Assembly (NCBI GenBank): GCA_963801995.1 | Contig: CAWDGW010000014.1 | Span: forward strand, 359,523 to 423,522 | Source of the DNA: an uncultured Holophagae bacterium | Lineage (GTDB): Bacteria; Acidobacteriota; Thermoanaerobaculia; Thermoanaerobaculales; Sulfomarinibacteraceae | DNA: 64,000 nucleotides | Reading direction: 5' to 3' | In this document: positions 59,257 through 64,000 of the stretch, in pieces | Layout of the letters: each line of letters opens with the position of its first letter | Position numbering within the stretch: position 1 is the stretch's first letter | The notes under the pieces: model-generated | The model's database searches: none | The model's input: only the letters and a program-made list of their open reading frames with translations | What the model was told of the DNA's origin: nothing | Made by a program: the position numbers and the translations under genes

Positions 59257-60345
59257 ATGGCGAAGAAACTCATGAAGGGCAGCGAGGCGATCGGCGAGGC
59301 GGCGGTGCAGGCGGGTTGCCGGCTGTTCTTCGGCTACCCGATCACCCCGCAGAACGAGATTCCCGAATACATGTCCGTGCGGTTGCCCCAGGTGGGTGGG
59401 CGGTTTGTCCAGGCCGAGAGCGAGGTGGCGGCGTCCAACATGCTGTACGGCGCGGCCGGTTCGGGCGAACGGGTCATGACCTCATCCTCATCCCCCGGTA
59501 TTTCATTGATGGCCGAAGCCATCTCCTACCTGGCCGGCGCAGAGCTGCCGGTGGTCATCGTCAACATCATGAGGGCCGGCCCGGGCCTCGGCGGCATCTT
59601 GCCGAGCCAGGCCGACTACTTCCAAGCCACCAAGGGCATGGCCCACGGGGACTTTCGGCTGCTGGTTCTGGCGCCGTGGTCGATCCAGGAAGCTGCTGAT
59701 CTGGTACAGGACGCCTTCGATTTGGCCGACTTCTACCGGAGTCCCGTGTTGGTGTTGGGTGATGGCCTGATCGGCCAGATGATGGAACCGGTGGAGTTCC
59801 GGGAGGGACGGCAGCCCATCAAGGAGCTCGAATCCAAGACCTGGGCGGCCACCGGGAACCCGGGCGACCGTCCAACGAACGTCATCAACTCACTGTTCCT
59901 CGATCCGGAAGTGCTCGAGCGGCACAACCTCAAGCTCAAGGCCAAGTTCGATCTCATGGTCCGCGACGAGGTCCGGTTCGAGGAGTACGGGACGGGCGAC
60001 GACTACGACGTCCTGATCGTCGCCTATGGCACCGTGGCGAGGGTGTGTTCGACGGCCATCGACGAATTGCGGGAGCTGGGTCTGAGGGTCGCCATGGTTC
60101 GCCCCATTTCACTCTTCCCATACCCCTACCAGGCGATCAGGGAAGCCGCCCTTCGAGCCAGCTCGGTGCTGGTCGTGGAGCTGTCCGCCGGCCAGATGAT
60201 CGAGGATGTCCAGATCGCCCTCGAGGGTTCTCGACCCATCCATTTCGCCAATCGGATGGGCGGCATGCTGGTGTCACCGGATGAGGTGGTCGCCAAGGTC
60301 ACGGAGATTCTGGAGGGTCGTGCCGTGGAGGTGATTCATGGCTGA
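59257..60345 (+). CDS. 2-oxoacid:ferredoxin oxidoreductase alpha subunit (Kor/Vor type)
   Basis: MKGSEAIGEAAVQAGCRLFFGYPITPQNEI matches the typical N-terminus. Confidence 0.85.
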   Translation: MAKKLMKGSEAIGEAAVQAGCRLFFGYPITPQNEIPEYMSVRLPQVGGRFVQAESEVAASNMLYGAAGSGERVMTSSSSPGISLMAEAISYLAGAELPVVIVNIMRAGPGLGGILPSQADYFQATKGMAHGDFRLLVLAPWSIQEAADLVQDAFDLADFYRSPVLVLGDGLIGQMMEPVEFREGRQPIKELESKTWAATGNPGDRPTNVINSLFLDPEVLERHNLKLKAKFDLMVRDEVRFEEYGTGDDYDVLIVAYGTVARVCSTAIDELRELGLRVAMVRPISLFPYPYQAIREAALRASSVLVVELSAGQMIEDVQIALEGSRPIHFANRMGGMLVSPDEVVAKVTEILEGRAVEVIHG

Positions 60346-61114
60346 GACTGTGTTTTCCAGACCAAAGGCGCTGGCCGACGTCTCGACCCACTACTGTCCG
60401 GGGTGTACCCACGGGGTCATTCATCGGCTGGTGGCGGAGATCGTGGACGAACTCGGGCTTCGTGAGCAAACGGTTGGAGTGGCCCCCGTGGGCTGTGCGG
60501 TGCTCGCCTACAACTACTTCACGGTGGATTTCCAGGAAGCCTCCCACGGTCGTGCGCCGGCAGTGGCCACCGGTATCAAGCGGGCGCGGCCCGATCTGAT
60601 CGTCTTCACCTATCAGGGCGACGGCGATCTGGCCTCCATTGGCATGAGCGAAATCGTGCACTGCGCCAACCGGGGCGAAAAAGTCACGGTGGTCTTTGTC
60701 AATAACGCCATCTACGGGATGACCGGCGGCCAGATGGCACCGACCACCATGCCCGGTCAGGTGGCCACCACCTGCCAGCTGGGACGCGACGTGGAGCTGG
60801 CGGGGTACCCCATCCGCATGGCCGAGCTGTTGTCGACGCTGCGAACACCGGCCTTCATTGCCCGGGGTTCGGTCCACACGCCGCTTTTGGCCGTTAACAC
60901 CAAGGAACTGCTGCGCCGAGCCTTCACCTACCAGAAGGAGGAGACCTGCTTCTCACTGGTGGAGATTCTCTCCACCTGCCCGACCAACTGGGGGATCCCT
61001 CCGGCGGAGTCCACCCGGTGGCTCGAGAAGAACATGTTGCCGTTCTACCCCCTTGGGGTCTTTAAAAGTCCGGAGCACGGGGACCGGGCCCCGCTGCCGA
61101 CCCCGGGAGGCTGA
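60338..61114 (+). CDS. 2-oxoacid:ferredoxin oxidoreductase beta subunit (TPP-binding)
   Basis: Overlaps the alpha subunit stop codon. YCPGCTHG and GDGD motifs. Confidence 0.85.
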   Translation: MAETVFSRPKALADVSTHYCPGCTHGVIHRLVAEIVDELGLREQTVGVAPVGCAVLAYNYFTVDFQEASHGRAPAVATGIKRARPDLIVFTYQGDGDLASIGMSEIVHCANRGEKVTVVFVNNAIYGMTGGQMAPTTMPGQVATTCQLGRDVELAGYPIRMAELLSTLRTPAFIARGSVHTPLLAVNTKELLRRAFTYQKEETCFSLVEILSTCPTNWGIPPAESTRWLEKNMLPFYPLGVFKSPEHGDRAPLPTPGG

Positions 61115-61115
61115 G

Positions 61116-61688
61116 ATGCAGAACGATGTGATCATGGCGGGCTTCGGCGGGCAGGGCATCCTGCTCATCGGCAAGATGCTCGCCTACGCCGGGATGAGGG
61201 AGGGCAAGGAGGTTTCGTGGCTGCCCTCCTATGGACCGGAGATGCGCGGCGGGACGTGCAACTGCACCGTGGTGATCTCGGACCGGCCGGTGGGCTCGCC
61301 AGTTATCCGCTCACCGATGGCGGTGCTGGCCATGAACCTGCCGTCACTGGACAAGTTCGAATCCGACCTGCGCGCGCGTGGCGTTCTTTTGATCAACTCG
61401 TCGCTGATCGGCCGCGAACCCAAGCGCACCGATCTGATAGTGATCAAGGTGCCGGCTAACGAGATTGCCAATGAGCTCGGAAACCCACGCGGCGCCAACA
61501 TGGTCGCCCTGGGAGCCTACATCGGAGCGACGGGTGCGGTGGGTCTGGACGGAGTCATCGAGGTGATCCGGGAGACCTTCGCGGCCAAACCCCAGGTGGT
61601 CGACATCAACATCGATGCACTGAAACGGGGATACGAGATGGGCGTCGCAGCCATCGAGGAGGCTGTGATGGTCGAGGAGGGCGCATGA
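61116..61688 (+). CDS. 2-oxoacid:ferredoxin oxidoreductase gamma subunit
   Basis: AGFGGQGILLIGKMLA and PSYGPEMRGGTCNCTVVIS motifs. Confidence 0.85.
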   Translation: MQNDVIMAGFGGQGILLIGKMLAYAGMREGKEVSWLPSYGPEMRGGTCNCTVVISDRPVGSPVIRSPMAVLAMNLPSLDKFESDLRARGVLLINSSLIGREPKRTDLIVIKVPANEIANELGNPRGANMVALGAYIGATGAVGLDGVIEVIRETFAAKPQVVDINIDALKRGYEMGVAAIEEAVMVEEGA

Positions 61689-62170
61689 CGGAGCAACCGT
61701 GTGTGGACCTGGCGCTGACTGACGAAATCCTCGGTCGCTACCCCCTCGAGGAGCCGTCGTTGATCCAGATTCTGCAGGACGTGCATCGCGCGTACAACTA
61801 CCTTCCCTGCGATGTTCTGCTGAAAGTGTCCGAGGCCCTCGATGTCCCGCTGGGCAGGGTCTTTTCGGTATCAACCTTCTATAAGGCCTTTTCGCTCGAG
61901 CCCCAGGGCGACACCATCGTCAGGGTCTGCATGGGCACCGCCTGCCACATCCGCGGCGCCGGCCAGTTGGTGGAGGAAATCCAGCGAAAGATTGGAATCG
62001 GTCCCGATGAGACCACCGAGGACCTGAAATTCACGGTCAAGACCGTCAATTGCGTGGGTGCCTGCGCCATGGCGCCGGTGATGATCGTTGGCGAGAAGTA
62101 CTGGGGAAGTGCCAAACCGGTCAAGGTGTCCAAATACCTGGCTCAGGGAGGCACCGACGATGCGAATTGA
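61685..62170 (+). CDS. NuoE/HndA-like [2Fe-2S] thioredoxin-fold subunit
   Basis: ATGA overlap with the gamma subunit stop codon. CMGTACHIRG and NCVGACAMAP cysteine motifs. Confidence 0.8.
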   Translation: MTEQPCVDLALTDEILGRYPLEEPSLIQILQDVHRAYNYLPCDVLLKVSEALDVPLGRVFSVSTFYKAFSLEPQGDTIVRVCMGTACHIRGAGQLVEEIQRKIGIGPDETTEDLKFTVKTVNCVGACAMAPVMIVGEKYWGSAKPVKVSKYLAQGGTDDAN

Positions 62171-64000
62171 GTCACGGGACCAGTTCGAAGCCTTGCGGGC
62201 CGAAATCCGGGAGCGTGCGGCGGGTCGCAACCAGCAGATTCTGGTGTGTTGCGGAACCGGCTGCCTGGCGTGGGGCGCCAAGGAGGTGGCCGAGGCCTTT
62301 TCCAAGGAGGTCGTCAAGCGCGGGCTGGATGTGGAGGTGGGGCTGTTCGTCAAGTCCACAGGCTGTCACGGATTCTGTGAACGCGGCCCGCTGGTGGCGC
62401 TGCAGCCGTCGGGCCTGCTCTACACCAAGGTCAAGGCGAATGCCGTTGAAGAGATCATCGACAAGACCGTCCTGGGTGGCGAGGTGATCAAGCGCTTGCT
62501 GTACAAGAATCCCGCGGACGGTGAACGGATCGCCGAGTACGCCCAGATCCCGTTCTACAAACACCAGGTGCGGGTGGCCATGCGCAATATCGGCCGCATC
62601 GACCCCACCGACATCGAAGACGCCATCGCCGAGGGTGCCTACGCCGGCCTCGCCAAAGCGCTCCACGAAATGACCCCGGATAGGGTGCTCGAGGAGGTTC
62701 GGCTCTCAGGCCAGCGGGGACGTGGCGGCGCCGGTTTCAACACCGCTCGGAAATGGCAATCCTGCTTGGAGGCTCCCGGTAGTCGGCGGTTCGTCCTGTG
62801 CAACGGTGACGAGGGCGATCCAGGCGCCTTCAAGGACCGGTCCATCATGGAGGGTGACCCCCACTCGGTCCTGGAGGGAATGATCATTGGTGCCTACGCG
62901 GTGGGAGCCAACGAAGGCTATATCTACGTCCGGGACGAATACCCGCTGGCGGTTGTGAATCTGACCATCGCCATCGCCGAGGCCCGAAAGCGGGGCTTGC
63001 TCGGCCAGAACATCATGGGCTCGGGTTTCGATTTCGACATCAAGATCTCCCGTGGCGGCGGTGCCTTCATCTGCGGCGAATCGTCGGCGTTGATGCGGTC
63101 CCTGGAGGGGAAAATCGGCGAGCCCCGCGCCAAGTACGTTCACTCCACCGAAAAGGGCCTTTTCGATCTTCCGACGGTGCTCAATAACGTGGAAACCTGG
63201 GCCGGCATCGGCGCTATCATCCATCAGGGCGGCGAGTGGTTTGCCTCCATGGGGACCGACAGATCCAAGGGGACAAAGGCCTTTTCGCTGGTGGGCAAGG
63301 TCAAGAACACCGGGCTCATCGAGCTTCCCATGGGCACCACTCTGCGTGAGATCATCTACGACATCGGTGGAGGCGTGGCGTCCGATCGACCCTTCAAGGC
63401 GGTGCAGACCGGTGGTCCGTCGGGCGGCTGCGTGCCCGAGGAGCTCTTGGATCTTCCCGTGGACTACGAAAAGCTCACCGAAGCCGGATCCATGATGGGC
63501 TCCGGCGGCATGATCGTGATGGACGATCGCACCTGCATGGTGGACGTGGCCCGCTACTTCCTCGGCTTTCTCACCGAGGAGTCGTGCGGCAAGTGCACTC
63601 CCTGCCGAGAGGGCCTCAAGCAGATGCTGTTGATCTATGACCGGTTGGTGGAAGGCAAGGGGAGGAAGGGCGATATCGAGGCCATCGAACGACTGGCGTG
63701 CGGAATGCAGCTCGGCAGCCTGTGCGAGCTGGGCAAGTCGGCTCCCAACCCGGTGCTGTCCACCCTCAAGTACTTCCGGGCCGAATACGAGGCCCACGTC
63801 GCCGACCTCGCCTGTCCGGCCGGAATCTGCCGGGAGCTGACCGCCTACGAGATCGTCGAGGAGGGGTGTGACGGCTGCCACGCATGCTTCAAGGCCTGCC
63901 CGGTGGACGCCATCGAGGGCACGATCAAGGAACTCCACGTCATCCACCACGACGCCTGCATCTCCTGTGGCGTCTGCTTCGACGTCTGCCCCACCGAGGC
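62160..64000 (+). CDS. NuoF/HydB/HndC-like NADH-binding flavoprotein subunit, 3' partial
   Basis: Open frame from ATG 62160 to the window end. N-terminal 2Fe-2S domain, GRGGAGF, GDEGDPGAF (FMN/NAD site), ESCGKCTPCREG, and C-terminal CxxCxxC ferredoxin motifs. Confidence 0.85.
   Translation, partial: MRIESRDQFEALRAEIRERAAGRNQQILVCCGTGCLAWGAKEVAEAFSKEVVKRGLDVEVGLFVKSTGCHGFCERGPLVALQPSGLLYTKVKANAVEEIIDKTVLGGEVIKRLLYKNPADGERIAEYAQIPFYKHQVRVAMRNIGRIDPTDIEDAIAEGAYAGLAKALHEMTPDRVLEEVRLSGQRGRGGAGFNTARKWQSCLEAPGSRRFVLCNGDEGDPGAFKDRSIMEGDPHSVLEGMIIGAYAVGANEGYIYVRDEYPLAVVNLTIAIAEARKRGLLGQNIMGSGFDFDIKISRGGGAFICGESSALMRSLEGKIGEPRAKYVHSTEKGLFDLPTVLNNVETWAGIGAIIHQGGEWFASMGTDRSKGTKAFSLVGKVKNTGLIELPMGTTLREIIYDIGGGVASDRPFKAVQTGGPSGGCVPEELLDLPVDYEKLTEAGSMMGSGGMIVMDDRTCMVDVARYFLGFLTEESCGKCTPCREGLKQMLLIYDRLVEGKGRKGDIEAIERLACGMQLGSLCELGKSAPNPVLSTLKYFRAEYEAHVADLACPAGICRELTAYEIVEEGCDGCHACFKACPVDAIEGTIKELHVIHHDACISCGVCFDVCPTE

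Noticed and set aside
62706-63950. 414-aa minus-strand ORF (and similar ones at 54472-55614, 51060-52493 and 28281-29750)
   Set aside because: All are antisense shadows of strongly supported plus-strand genes (NuoF-like, mutL, ftsK, nadE).

Overview
High-GC (roughly 65% by eye) bacterial chromosomal segment with about 58 protein-coding loci on both strands. I recognised no rRNA, tRNA or CRISPR array, and the phylum cannot be assigned from this window alone. Core content: a 5'-partial homogentisate dioxygenase, a PDZ/PP2C membrane sensor phosphatase, S9 and M1+M28 peptidases, nfuA-like, cysE, nadE, asnS, a complete trpEGDCFBA operon, rsmA, uppP, ftsK, mutL and a rhomboid. A four-subunit 2-oxoacid:ferredoxin oxidoreductase is start/stop-overlapped with NuoE/NuoF-like (Hnd/HydB-type) genes that run off the 3' end. 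The stretch 13.3-23.5 kb looks accessory and decaying. It holds a frameshifted cyclase gene and a beta-helix gene with one nonsense and two frameshift lesions. It also holds a REP-flanked RAYT (IS200-like HUH transposase with a DnaA_C-like tail) carrying an ~855-bp tandem duplication, two families of REP hairpins, a CPBP protease and a DUF4143 ATPase. The most unusual property is non-coding. Nearly every intergenic spacer, including spacers inside the trp and kor operons, is filled with short tandem arrays. Most are heptanucleotide (also 6-, 8- and 9-mers), 3-10 units long, and fall into several unrelated unit families. They often occur as inverted arms around short unique cores, and arrays of three families end in a shared GAAAACC. 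A ~215-bp structured repeat occurs three times; two inverted copies bracket a 3.8-kb segment holding two secreted kinase-like paralogs and nadE. All calls rest on manual motif reading; no database search was possible.
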